A stretch of 64,000 bases of DNA from the human T2T-CHM13v2.0 reference genome, Homo sapiens: assembly GCF_009914755.1 (NCBI RefSeq), contig NC_060928.1; one strand, given 5' to 3'. The position numbers and the translations under genes were made by a program. Position 1 is the first letter of the stretch. Each line of letters starts with the position of its first letter. Under the pieces are notes generated by a model. That model was given only the letters and a program-made list of their open reading frames with translations, was not told the origin of the DNA and searched no databases. Positions 1-12,204 of the stretch are shown in pieces.

Positions 1-279
1 TCAGCACTTGGGAAATCTGGTGTGGGAAGATGGCTTGAGGCCAGGAGTTTGGGAAACATGGTGAGAGCCTGTCTCTACCAAAAGAAAAAAAAAAGATTTT
101 TTAAGTTAGCCGGGTGTGGTGATGGGTGCCTGTAGTCCTAGCTACTAGAGAGGCTGAGGTGGGAGGATCCCTAGAGCCAGGAGTTGTTGGCTGCAGTGAG
201 CTATGATCACGCCACAGCACTCCAGCCTGGACCACAGAGTGAGACCCTGTCTCAGAAAAAGACAAAAACAACAAAACAA
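1..279 (+). mobile_element. AluJ SINE (5' end cut by window)
   Basis: Dimeric Alu with J-type right arm (ggaggatc..tagagccaggag, gtgagctatgatc, gagaccctgtctc) and A-rich tail. Confidence 0.9.
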
Positions 280-284
280 GCCTG

Positions 285-1355
285 ATGGAGTCACTTCCAT
301 CCATTAGTGGCTCTCCATTGCCCTCTGGATATAGGATAAGCTTCCCAGTAGAATCTACAAAGATGTTCACAATCTGATCCTGGCTTGCCTATCACAGAAG
401 CATCAGTGCCACATTTCTTGAAATGTAGCATGTTCTCTCTTTTCCAGGATTATTTATTAAGTGGATGAATGAACACAAAAATGTTTCTAATGTCTTATTT
501 GTGGTTCTTGGGACTCATTAACAACTTTTATTGTTACTAAGGATGTTTAAATTTTATTCTCCCAGATCCTCTCTGCCTTGGAAAAGACCTGTATCTTCCT
601 CCCGAGAGTTGTATAGCTCATCCTTTCACTTAATTTGGGCCTCTACTCACAAATCATCTCAGAAAGATGTCAGATTACATAGGTAAACAATACACACAGT
701 CACTGCATTGTCAAATACAGCTTTATTTTTCTTCATAGCACTTATGAATTCTGTACATTATATTGTTAAATAAAATTGATTGGAGGCCATTGTTTTGGGC
801 TGAGCTCCTGCAACTAGGCCTCAACAGATCCAACCAAAATGAGGTCACTCATTCTAAGTCCCACATAATTAAACTGAAACTAAAAAACAGGGAAAATTCC
901 CAAACAGGTTAGTTTTCCAAAAAACAGGAGATTCACAGCAATCAGTCAGATTGGGCCCAGTTTACTCAAGCTGAGATGTCAGGAAATTTCCTTCTGTTTT
1001 ATTCCTACAAGAAAAGTAAATTCATAATGCTTTTTGTTTCTTGTTTTGGCTTTCCTCAGTCTTTTCTTGCCTGCAAAACCCACCTCCTCTGCTTAACTCA
1101 TTGGAGCTCATTCTAAATCCTTTGATGGGATGCTGCCCAAGTCATGCATTGCTAATAAAAAGCCAATTCAATCTTTAAACCAAATGTGTAGACATTTTGG
1201 TTTTTAACAATATTCTATAGATATACATTATTTATTTGTTTATTACTATTTGTAAGCTATACAAGGTGGAATTTGTTTTTTTACCAGTTGGTCCCCAGCT
1301 CCTGTGACACACCTAGCATATAGCAGATGCTTAGCATTAATAAAGTATTGAATAC
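285..1355 (+). mobile_element. L2 LINE 3' fragments, interrupted by an LTR at 764-1209
   Basis: L2-type motifs (tggctctccattgccct, cttcatagcactta, cctagcatatagcagatgc...aataaa, gaatgaa end). Confidence 0.6.
764..1209 (+). mobile_element. ERV1 solo LTR (MER31/MER67-like)
   Basis: TG...CA termini, 4-bp TSD atat (760-763 / 1210-1213), ggaggccattgttttgggctgagctcctgc start, AATAAA near the 3' end. Confidence 0.75.
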
Positions 1356-2429
1356 AACAAATACAAGATTACAAATTCCTTGAGAACAGTAAATTATGTA
1401 TATTTCACATCTTCTAAACTGTTATAGTATATAATTGATAAATATATTCATGCATATGTTAATTGAAATCACCTAAAGCCTGTATCTGCCTGCTGTATCT
1501 TTTCAGAGGGGTTAATTTCGTCATGAGTAACAGGATGCCTCTTGAGGCAGACATTAATTGTGGGCATCCTTAGTGGTGGGGAAATTGAAATTAGGTGAAA
1601 TTTCCAACATGTGGGAAAAGAAGGCAGAAAGTTGCTTTCAATCAAATCTTGCTCTGCTAAGCATCAAGTGAAGTTTTGCCTTTAGTTACGTAAATATAGA
1701 ATAGAAAGGTTTATCCCACTTGAAGGGGATGATAGTTGAAACAAAAGGCTGCCACTCTCTGAGACCTCCAGTGAGCAAAGAAGGTCCCTGAGATGGAGTT
1801 GGATTAATTTTCACAAGGAGCCTTGTACCTCTGGAGGAGGGGAACTACATGTGTCTTTATTCCGTGTGATTTAACACTGGGTGGGTGGGGTCTGTCAAGT
1901 TGAATCAGGGTGTCCCTGACCTAGGTACAGAGGCAGGAAAAAGCAATGGCTCCTTTGAGGAAAAATTATCTGCAAATAGGGCAGAGCCTAAAGGCTCTTC
2001 TGCCATGTGAGAACAGAGTTCCTCTCTTGCCCTTCTGCCTTCTTCCCTATGAAAGTGCAGTATGAGAGAATAAATTTCTGCTCTTTCTAATTTTTTTCAA
2101 AAGGACAGAGGCGGGTTTACCACAAAGCTACAGAAGTTTTTAGGATCTTGCACTTGCAGGGCCCCTTCTGAGTCTCTGGGCAGGTCCCTAGCAAAGTGCT
2201 CACATGGATGCATGCATTTAACTGCTGATTGATGACAACAACTGACTTTACCCCAACATTTCCTTCTCAGGTGTCTTCAGTGATAATAGGCATTTTGGAG
2301 ATCCAGCTAATGGGAGGTTGATTTAGGGATACATTTAAGTTTAAGTTGAATATCCTTATCTGGTTCAAAGCCCATTCTCTTTATCATTATGTTTTTCCTA
2401 GCTTCCCTGGTATAAGAATGACTTGCAAG

Positions 2430-3728
2430 TGTTGGGGTTCAGAAAACACTACTCCAGAGTAATTTGAATTAAAAGAGAGTGGGAGGGCTTCAGAAGCAAG
2501 AAGGTCGCTCTGACTTTCCCCCTCCTTTTTGTGTGACAGCTGATGATTAAGGTCACTCTCTGACCTAGCTCCCCTGAAAATCAAACCACCTTTGCAAAGA
2601 TGACAGCAAGGGAAATCTAGCATGGGTGACTCCATCTTGCTTGTAGCCTCACAGACTGGCTGTCTTTGCTATTCCTGAGCATAAGCCAAACTAACCACGA
2701 GAGGAATTTAGTTTATAGTGTAACTTTGAAGCAAGCATGATAATAGTCCCTCCCTAAAACTAACACTCTCTTTGCTCAGGGACTGAAGCCACCTTTTTAA
2801 AATTAATGAAAGACCAGAAGGTGATGATTATGAGATGGGGGTGAATTCTGCTGAGATGTAGATGTAGCTTCTATAATCCCTTTCTGCACAGGAGTCATGT
2901 GGCCAGAGGTCACGAGATTTGTGACTTCCCCAATTGCTCCTATAGATAACATCACTGCTGTAGAACTTAAGATTAGTCTTTTGAGATGTTTTTTGAACTT
3001 TGGCATTCTGGCAACTTGACTGACGATACCTTGACACGTGACTCCTGACTCAACCTGTCTTGTGGTTCTCACTCCACCCAGAGGTGGTAGATTCAGTGCA
3101 CAAGGACCTTTACCCACACCCATATGATTTCATCCCCAACCAATCAGCAACAACTATTCGCTAGACCACTGCCTGCCAAATTATCCATAAAAACCCTAGC
3201 CTTTGAGTTCTTAAGGACACTGATTTGAGTAATAACTCCAGTCCTGCTGCTTGGCTAGCCCTGCATTAATTAAACTCTTTCTCTACTACAATACTGCAGT
3301 CTCAATGAATTGGTTTTGTCTTTGCAGTAAGCAAGAAGAACCCATCAGGTTATTTACAAAAGTAGGTCATAAGGCTTTAATGTGACAAGTGTCCTGCCTT
3401 ACACCTGGTGAAAAGGAATGCTATATAAAGAGACCAAGAAAAATCTGAACAGACAGGCCTTGCTGAGTTCCCCACTCAGTTTATTATAACTAGGTAATAC
3501 CCCCGTTTGTCCAATCATCTTTCTCCGTAATTATCCAGTTATTTCATCACACTTAGCATAAAAATACAGTTTTCCTTGGGTCTTTGGGTCTTCATTTTGG
3601 AAAACTCCAATGTTATGCAAAAATTAAATAAATTTGTTACACATTTGTTTCTCTGTCTTTTGTTATAAGACTGTCAGCCATAATCCTTGTGATGGATGAG
3701 GAGAAGATACTACTTTTTCTCCCCTATA
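2430..3728 (+). mobile_element. ERV1 solo LTR (MER34/MER39 group), split by an LTR8 insertion
   Basis: Starts tgttggggttcagaaaac and ends tttttctcccctata; TSD-like caag/taag; the host reads continuously across the insert (cccctgaaa|gtaggtcataag). Confidence 0.75.
2581..3358 (+). mobile_element. LTR8-family ERV1 solo LTR
   Basis: aaaccacctttgcaaa start, tgactccatcttgctt, ggaatttagtttatag, attaaactctttctctact and aagaacccatcagg..taca end; TSD aaaa/aaag. Confidence 0.85.
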
Positions 3729-3771
3729 TAAGAATATTTCTATCACCCACTCTTTAGAATCACCTGAAGGA

Positions 3772-4114
3772 TGCTATGGTTTGAGTGTGTTCCATAAATT
3801 TCATAAGTTGGAAACTTAATCTCCAAATTCATAGGTTGATAGCATTTGGAAATAGGGTTTTGGGAGTTAGGAAAGATAAGGTTATCAAGATGGGGCTCCC
3901 ATGATGAGAGTGTTGGCTTTATAAAACGAAGAAGAGAGACCTGAACTGGCATGCTCTTGCCCTCTCGTGATGTGATGCCCTCTGCCATGTTATGATGCAG
4001 GAAGAAGGCCCTCACTAGATATTGACACCATATTCCTGGACTTCCTGGCCTCCAGAACCATGAGCTAAATAAGCTTCTTTTCTTTGTAAGCTTATTTCTT
4101 TGTAAGCTAAGACA
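3772..4114 (+). mobile_element. MaLR solo LTR (MSTC/MSTD-like)
   Basis: tgctatggtttg start, ttggaaacttaatc, tggacttcc..gcctccagaaccatgag, ctaagaca end; 5-bp TSD aagga/aagaa. Confidence 0.85.
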
Positions 4115-4438
4115 AAGAAGCAGAAGTTCTATTGTGGTATGAATGTGTACTACGTTATGCGCTGTTAGAAGTATGTGGATAGTTCAGGAGAAACAAGCTT
4201 TTCTGATTTGGGGAATCCAGAAAGCTACAATGAGATTTAGTTTAAAATGTTACTACAAGATGTTTTTAAAATCACTGGACAGATATTCAATGGTTAGCAA
4301 AAGATTCTGGAAGAAATAAAATGTGAATGTTACTTTTACTAGACTTTGCTGAAGAAGGTATTAGCTACTAAACCAAAAAGAAGAGGATGTACAGTATGAT
4401 TTTTAAGGCCTTTACCTGAGACTCTACTTTTCCCTGCC

Positions 4439-4440
<2 letters not shown>

Positions 4441-4481
<41 letters not shown>
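4441..4481. repeat. (CA)20 microsatellite
   Basis: Direct reading. Confidence 0.98.
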
Positions 4482-4483
<2 letters not shown>

Positions 4484-4915
4484 TAGTTATTTTTTAACTG
4501 ACCTCACAATAAAAGAGGGCACACAGTGTTCAATGTTGCTAGATTCCTGGGGTATAAGAGCACTGCATTCTAAGCCTCATCATACTAGCAGACGTAGACT
4601 AACATGTTGGAAAATCCAAATCTCTTTAGATTTTTCTTGAAGTTGGGAAATTGAAGTACCACAAATGGTGGGTGTGTTCTAGGAATGAAATTCTAGCCCA
4701 AATGAAAGCTCTGAATAAACACTGATTAAGATTTCAAGAGAGAAAGGCATTATAATTGGGAATACAAATGTAGATAATTAAGGGCTTATATGGGTTTCTC
4801 CTGGCTGTCATTCCTGTTATCAAGAATACGCTGCTTCATAATCTGGTACAGTGCCCGAAAGCCCTAAAACAAGCATTTGGGGATTAGGAGTCATTGGATA
4901 CCCTATTTCCCAGAA

Positions 4916-5259
4916 CAGGGGTCCCCAACCCTGAGGCCCCTGACCAATACTGATCAATGGTCTTTTAAGAACTGGGCTGCACATCAGGAGGTGAGCAGCG
5001 GGCAAGCAGCATTACCACTTGAGCTCCACCTCCTCTCAGATCAGTGGGGGCATTAGATTCTCGTAAGTGTGGGAACCCTATTGTGAACTGTGCATGCAAG
5101 GGATCTAGGTTGCCCATTCCTTATAAGAATCTAACTAATACCTGATTATCTGAGGTGTAACAGTTTCATCCCGAAACCATTCCCTACCACCCCATAGTTT
5201 GTTGAAAAATTGTCTTCCGTGAACCTGGTACCTGGTGCCAAAAACACTGGGGGCCCCTG
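4916..5259 (+). mobile_element. MER1B hAT-Charlie MITE
   Basis: Terminal inverted repeats caggggtcccca / tgggggcccctg; 8-bp TSD tcccagaa/ccccagaa; typical internal ggcattagattctc. Confidence 0.92.
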
Positions 5260-5396
5260 CCCCAGAAGGCTGACCTGTAAGGACTACATCAACAAGCTCC
5301 TTTACCCTCTGGCTATTGGCTGCCTTAGTTAATAGGGAATACCAGCAAGCGATGGTAAGGCAGAAGGAGAATTTACTCAGAGTTTTACTAACCTGA

Positions 5397-6049
5397 TATG
5401 TTAGACTGAACATGGTGGCAAATTCTCTGCTATTTCTCCCATTGAGAGGCAGGACCTAATTCCTCCCTCCTTTTTAACCTTGACTGGCCTAAGTGACTTA
5501 CTTGAACAATTGAATGTGGTGAAAGTGACATTTTGGAACTACTGAGGCTAGTTTATCACAAGAAGCCTTGGACCTCCCATTTACCCTGGTTTCCTGGAGC
5601 ACCCACTCTTGGAGCTCTGAGCTGTTACATAAGAAGTTTCGCTACCCTGCTGGAGGGAGCCACAACAAGCTGGCCTTAGGCAGAAACTACACGGAGAGAG
5701 CAATGCTGGCCATTGCCAAGATATTCAGCCTTCCGTGGAAGACATGTGAATGAGAATACCAGGTTGCAGGAAATTCTAACCCCAGCAGATGTATCATGGA
5801 GAAGAACCAAAGAACCCAGCCAACATCAGAACTGAAGCCCAAGATATATGGTCCCATCGAGCTTTCTCAGCCATCTCCAGCTGTTCAAACTAACCCAGCA
5901 GAGGCTCCCAGCATTGGGAAGCAGACATTCCATCCCCTCTGTGTCCTGCCAGAATTCCTGGCCCACACAATTGTGAGCATAATACATGATTACTGTTTTA
6001 CGCTAGTAAGTTTGGGCATGGTTTTTATGCAGCAATAAATAACCAAACA
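5397..6049 (+). mobile_element. MaLR LTR (MLT1G-like)
   Basis: ctcccattgagagg, gaatgtgg.gaaagtgac, gaattcctggcccaca, gcagcaataaataaccaaaca end. Confidence 0.8.
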
Positions 6050-6639
6050 TTTGGCAACCTCCCAGCTGGGCCATCCATGATTGGCTGAGTTCCTCTGCCA
6101 AAGTCCCTTTAAGATAGTTCTCTCCATATAGCTTTTCCTGCCATCTGGCCTGTGGGAGGTAATGGCTCCCTGCCATTGCTGGCTGTACTACTCTTTGTTA
6201 TTGGCTTTCTTAAATCATGGCCACCTTTTAAAAATAGTTCCTTAATTAAACTCTCCTGAATTATCCAGTTTGAGAGTGCCATGTGTTTCCTGCTGGCATC
6301 CTGGCTGATATTCCAGACCTCATGTATAATTCTCAAGACGTACCTGTGGTAGAGAGCAGGGAAGAAAGTTCTAGTCTATGTAAAAAAGTTCAAATTATAC
6401 TTCAGAAGCCACAGGAAAAGTGACCCTAGCAAATCTCTATGTTTATATATTTACATCAAGTGCTTATATCAAGTAACTAATGTGTTATCCTAAATAAAAA
6501 GCCTTAGAATACTTCAGAATAGACTAGGTTCTTAAGCCATCCATAAGGTTTTCTGGATTCAGTGAGTTGAACCTATTCTTCTGCTTTGCCTGTGAGGATA
6601 ATGGTCATTTTCCGGCACACTGCATGTGTCCTGCATTAT

Positions 6640-6885
6640 TTTATTCATCAGTTGTGTCACACTTTCTGTATTCCAGGCACTCTTCTAAGACCTTTACAAG
6701 TAATAACTCATTTAATCCTCCTACTAATCCTATCAGATATGTGTGATTATTACCATTTTACAGGTGAGGAAGCTGGAGCATGTAGAGATTACATAATTAG
6801 CCAAGGTTTCTCTGCTAGCAAGTGGCAGAGCTAGTACTCAAAGCCATGCAGTTCAGCTGCAGACTCTGGACACTTGATCACTGTT
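6640..6885 (-). mobile_element. MIR SINE
   Basis: Reverse core ctcatttaatcctc...ccattttacaggtgaggaagctg, aagtggcagagc. Confidence 0.88.
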
Positions 6886-7064
6886 TTATACCGTGAAGCC
6901 TTGCTCAGAAAGACTTAGAAAACAAGAGAGATGAGTCAACCTGGTCTGATGTAAGATTGGGCTCATCGAATGCTGGTGCCTCCTATTCTCAACAGGCATC
7001 AGAGATGAGGGAGAGAGAAAGAGGTTGAGAGATCCTCAGATGATAGACACAAGAGAGGACAAGT

Positions 7065-7270
7065 ACAGTAGTTTCTGTTGCTATGTAACCATGTAACGAA
7101 TTATCCCAAAATTTAGTGGCTTAAAACAAATTTTTCTCTCTCATGGTTTCTGTAGTTCAGGAATTCAGATAGGGTACCACACCGCAGAGTCTCTAACCCA
7201 CTACCTGTGGGGTCTCAGATAGAAAACTTGAAGGCTCAGAATTGGAATCATCTGAAGGCTCATTAACTCC
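7065..7270 (-). mobile_element. MLT1 LTR 3' fragment
   Basis: cccaaaatttagtggcttaaaacaa, caggaattc, ggaatcatctgaaggctc. Confidence 0.75.
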
Positions 7271-7414
7271 CGTGTAGTCCTGGCTGGGTCTGCCGCCTAG
7301 AATATCCTTCACAATCCCTCACCCTCTATCTGAGTCCAGAGGTGCTTGGAGAAATGGTACCCACAAAATGAAATGCAGTTTCACGTGTGGGAGTTACTAT
7401 TTTAGAAAACTTCT

Positions 7415-7872
7415 CTTGGGTTCAGTCAAGATTTCTGAAGAAAATAGAAGGTAAGCTAAAATGAGGTGAAAGGATTATTTATAAAAGTACAGGAGAGGGA
7501 TCAAAGAAACAAAAAATAAGAGATTATTTAGAACCCTAGGACTAGCAACACCAGAGAGCCATTACGTCTCCTAGAACTGAAGAAGCAAGGGAAAAGAGAA
7601 ATTAACAGAACTCCAAGGGCAACCGTTTGTAGAGTGTCTGACAAGAGCTGTGACCTTTAGAAAGGACTGCAAATAACCAGGGATGACCCAGGGGAGTAGG
7701 AGGAGGGTGGATTAACACTGCTATCTTGCTGCCCTCTTGCCCTCTGATCTTCTGCTTTTCTATCCCAACTGGATGCCATAAGGCCAGAACAATCCATACA
7801 GGTCAGCCTCCTGGGATCAAAGGATAGGGTGGATGATGGGTGCGGGCAGGCAAACAGAAGATACCCAACACA
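7415..7872. mobile_element. Old ERVL/MaLR LTR remnant
   Basis: ccctaggactagcaaca, gccctctgatctt, ggtcagcctcctggg, caaacagaagatacccaacaca motifs typical of old LTRs; subfamily not resolved. Confidence 0.5.
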
Positions 7873-7999
7873 CCAACATATTCCTGGGAGTGGAGTTGGG
7901 GGTGAGCAAGGAATGTATTTTGGAAGGTCATCAATTGTTCCTTGTAGAGCTTCAGGTGAATGCTGCTGGAGTTTGTAATGCCATCATTGACAGACTCTA

Positions 8000-8072
8000 T
8001 AATAAGTTGAGTCATATGAAATTATCAAAATACTGGGCAAATATTAGCAATTTCATCTAGTTCAACCTAGTA
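8000..8072. mobile_element. MADE2-like mariner MITE
   Basis: Palindromic element of about 73 bp: taataagttgagtcatatgaaatt ... aatttcatctagttcaacctagta. Confidence 0.75.
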
Positions 8073-8273
8073 TTCTGGGTACTTTCCAATAAAGTTACTA
8101 ATGAATAAATGCTTATATTAAATGACCAAAAATGTTACTCCTTATTTTTATTGTTGGTTATGTTTGAAGTTAGGATTGCATAAAATACTTAAGAGGAATG
8201 GGTATTCTAATTGGTTAACATTAAATTTTTTTGTTGTTGTTCTGAGAAAAGCCAAGACAAAAATATAAAGTCA

Positions 8274-8382
8274 CACATGTCAATTAGCTTGATTTAGCCA
8301 TTCCACAAGGTATATATTATTTCAAAACATCATGTTGTATATGATAAATATATGGAATTTTTGTCAATAAAAAATAATAAAT
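8274..8382 (+). mobile_element. Severely 5'-truncated L1MA 3' end
   Basis: aattagcttgatttagccattccaca..aaaacatcatgttgta, AATAAA tail; 13-bp TSD aaatataaagtca (8261-8273 / 8383-8395). Confidence 0.85.
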
Positions 8383-8897
8383 AAATATAAAGTCAGCGAA
8401 ACCTTTGAGATAGGCATGTTGCTCGGTACAACTCGTGGTAGTATGTCTTTGGTGCCCAACTGAAATAGTTTAACCTACTTAGCAGTTTGTCCTTCAAAGG
8501 TAGACAGGCTTGAACCCAATCAGAGACCTGTAAGGGATGGTCTGATTCCTGGGTTTCAGAAGACCAAGCAATAAGTAGGAGAGGCCCAGGATAGACCATG
8601 GAAAGGGCACATTTTGAATTTTATATTCTAATCATGCCTTTGATCATAGTTTCCTCTAATTATATGTTATTTAGTAACCTACTGGATACAAAAACTGCAG
8701 TTTTGATACATTCGATACATTTTCTCCCTCTGCCATGTGGCTAAGAAAGTGCAAATCAGGATGCTGGTTAATGTGAAATTTAAAGGAAATGCCCATTGAG
8801 ACATATCTTTGAATTCTGCTTCTTCCCACTATGCCTAGGGTGAAAACAGAAGGTCTCCCTGAAGTAATCTTTGCTGTGAAAAGAATTATTTGAGTGG

Positions 8898-9395
8898 TGT
8901 GGTTGACAGAATAGTGGGCCCCTAAAGATGTCTACATCCCAGTCCCCAGGACCTGTTACCTTACGTAGTAAAAGACACTTTGCAGATGTGATTAAGGTAA
9001 GCATTTTGAGATGAGGACATTATCCTGTATTAGCCAGATTATCCTAAAATATCACAAGCATTCTTATAAGATGGAGATAGGAGGGCTAAATTTAGGAGAA
9101 GGTGATGTAATTTAGAAATGGAGATTGGACGTAGTGGTGGTTGGATATAGAATGGAAGACCATGTAACAATTGAATATGGCCGTGATCCAAGGATTTCCA
9201 GAAACCTCTGAAAGTTGGAAGAGGCAAAGAATTGAGCCTTCTTTAAAGGAATCAGACCGGCAGACACATTAATTTTAGCCCTGTAAGACTCAATTCTGAC
9301 CTCTGATCTCCAGAACTGTAAGAGAGTAAGTTTGTATTGTTTTAAGCCAATACATTGCTGCTAATTTGTCACAGTAGCCATGTGAAACCACTAAG
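8898..9395 (+). mobile_element. MLT1D MaLR solo LTR
   Basis: tgtgg..cagaata..cccctaaagatgtc, ctttgcagatgtgattaag, ctccagaactgtaaga; TSD agtgg. Confidence 0.88.
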
Positions 9396-9409
9396 AGTGG
9401 TTTCCCTAG

Positions 9410-10218
9410 TTATGTGAATATAGGATGAGGAGGCATTCCATATTGTTATTCTTTAGAAACCCTGATGTGTAGTTTGCATGAGGAGCCCAGGAGCTCAGTG
9501 AGATGGGGACCAAGACATGTGTCCAGAAATTTGGAGTTAGAGGGACCTGTCAGGGAAGACTAGGATGATTCTGACCAACACGTGGCAACAAAAAAGGACA
9601 ATAGCATGCCTAGGTACAAAGTTTTCTTTTTGTTTGTTTGTTTGTTTTTTTAAGAAAGTGGATGGCCTTGGACAATCCAGGCTAAACTTAAGATTCCAGG
9701 TGTTGTTATGGGGAAGGACTGGTGTGACATAGCTTGTTATTTAAGCAAGAAGCCTCTCGGCCTCCAGCGGCCCAGATGTAGTATCAAGTTTTTGGGGAAT
9801 AATGACTGAACAAGACATTGTGAACAAAGAGAACTCCAGGAATCCAAGTGAGAGGAATCCCTGAAGCCAGAGCAGAGGCTTGGACCAGCCCAGAAAGGGT
9901 CTGAGGAACTGACAAGACCAAGTTTCAACAGTGACACGTGGCAATGAAAAACTGGTGATAGTAGGCTGACTGGACCTCACTTCCCTTTCCCCCTGGTCTC
10001 TGGGCAAGGATTGACCAATTCAGGATTGAACGATCCCTGAAGGTTCTCTGTAAATGGGAAAAGAAGGTCAGGGTAAGGGAAAAGATGGGGTAGAGTTTAA
10101 GAGGGTATGCTGGGCTATCTATTAAAAAGACTTTTTTGATTGAATGATTAGGATAAAATAAGAAATATGTACAATTGTTTCATTCTCTGAGTTTTTGGAG
10201 CAGGTCATACTAGCTACA
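9410..10218 (+). mobile_element. Possible ancient LTR (MamGyp/ERVL-like)
   Basis: Purine-rich body ending ...ctagctaca after an A-rich polyA-like signal; weak recognition only. Confidence 0.3.
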
Positions 10219-10339
10219 GACAACATTTGTTTAGTGTCAGAAAATTTACAAAGAGATTTCTAGCCTATGCTTTTGGTACTTTTGGAAATTTAAACTAGAC
10301 TATACCAGTCTCCATATTCTTTACTCTTGCCGTTAATAA

Positions 10340-10348
10340 ACACACACA

Positions 10349-10380
<32 letters not shown>
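10340..10380. repeat. (CA)n microsatellite with one interruption
   Basis: Direct reading. Confidence 0.97.
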
Positions 10381-10385
<5 letters not shown>

Positions 10386-10530
10386 TACAGTAATTCTGTA
10401 ATACAGTACTATGAAATTAAAGGACTTGCATTTATATGCCTCCTACCCTTAGAATGTTAACTTCTTTAATTGGGAGTCTCCATCAATAGGCATTTCCCAA
10501 AAGTTGCTTATCTTTTATTGAGGGAACACT

Positions 10531-10839
<309 letters not shown>

Positions 10840-10980
10840 TGTTGAGGGAATACTTTATGTCAGACATGGCCCTAAGATTTTACACACCTCATCTCATTTA
10901 AACTTTCCCACAATTCAGTAAGGTAGATTTTCTTTCCATTTTATAAATGAGGAAGTAGGTTTACAGAGCTTAAGAATTTC
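10840..10980 (-). mobile_element. MIR (host of the adjacent Alu)
   Basis: ctcatttaa..., ccattttataaatgaggaa core. Confidence 0.75.
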
Positions 10981-11719
10981 TTCTAGATGGTTATGAGGAT
11001 GATCTCTAATCATATAATGGGTTGTATAAACATCAATTAAGGTCACACAAATCAAGTGACAAGTGAAGTATGAATACTACTAGTAGGATGCTTAAATGTA
11101 GCTAGTCTAGGGACAAAATCAAAATATAATATAAATAGAAGATGTAATGTAACAACAATTTGAATATCTCTTATTTTGCGACAATAAATCACTCATTCCT
11201 ATTAGCAAGTAGCTCAGCATATCCATCTTAAACTCCACCTCCTCTACCAATTTAACATGAATCATACATGTGTCAAACATGTATAATAGATGTATTTAAA
11301 AACGCCCAGTATTATGCATTAAATATAGGAAGTGCTTGTTAAAGTTTGGTTGAATAAAGGTTAGCAAATATATACTTTGAAATGCACAGTAACAAATAGG
11401 GGAAACAAATGGAATGTTTGATACCATTTCCAAAGTTACAGACTGATTTAAAAAATAGTTGCTACAGAATGACTGACCTGGTATGTATCCCCTTTCAAAA
11501 AAAGTTTAAAAGCACCCCATGAACTTGAAAGATGGAATTGCAAAAAGTCTCCCAACTCTGAGTCATTCTACAGCTACAGAATAAAAATCCTTTATGTATG
11601 GAAGAGTATTGCTTTTGATTTTTGGAGGGCTACATTTTACATGTGACCACCAATCACCATTTGACATAGACATTTCTGCTCTCTACTGGCATTCATTATT
11701 TTCCTTCATCTAACAATAT

Positions 11720-12204
11720 CCAGGCCTTATGCAGGTATCTTCTACTGTCTCACACCTCACATGGGCCTAAGGAGGACCTGACTTCACTGCTGGATCCAGG
11801 GATGACTTTGCTGTATCTAAGGCTAAGTTCATTCCTAGAGCCAGTGATTGGTACAGAAGATGATGTGTGACCCAATTAATAATATTAGGGTGGATTTTCA
11901 AAGGATTCTTTGAGAAGCATTCATCATTGTAATGAGAGAGATTCTCAGTGTGACCCTCTTCTTCGAACATTGTCAGGATCCTTCTATAGCTGTTTTGCTA
12001 CTACCCTGAACATGAAGCTTCTATTAAGAACAGAGAAATGAGCTAGAACCACAGAATAAAATCACCTGCCCTCCTTCTCTTCTTCCAGAAGTAAAATATT
12101 TCCAGTCTCTCTTCTAGACGAGAAGCCAATTAATACCTGATTGTTTAGGCTAGTTTGAGTTGGGCTTTCTGTTATTTGTAGGTGAAACTATTCTAACCGA
12201 TACA
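11720..12204 (+). mobile_element. ERVL LTR16-like LTR
   Basis: gccagtgattgg..atgtgtgacccaat; 3' end gtttgagttgggctttctgttatttgt..ctaaccgataca. Confidence 0.7.

Larger units (their letters stand above)
4890..6312 (+). mobile_element. ERVL LTR33-like LTR, split by MER1B and MLT1
   Basis: ggctgacctgtaaggactacatcaac..ccctctggct at about 5268-5370; attaaactctcc..ccagtttgagagtgccat..tttcctgctgg..gata 3' end at about 6240-6312. Confidence 0.65.
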
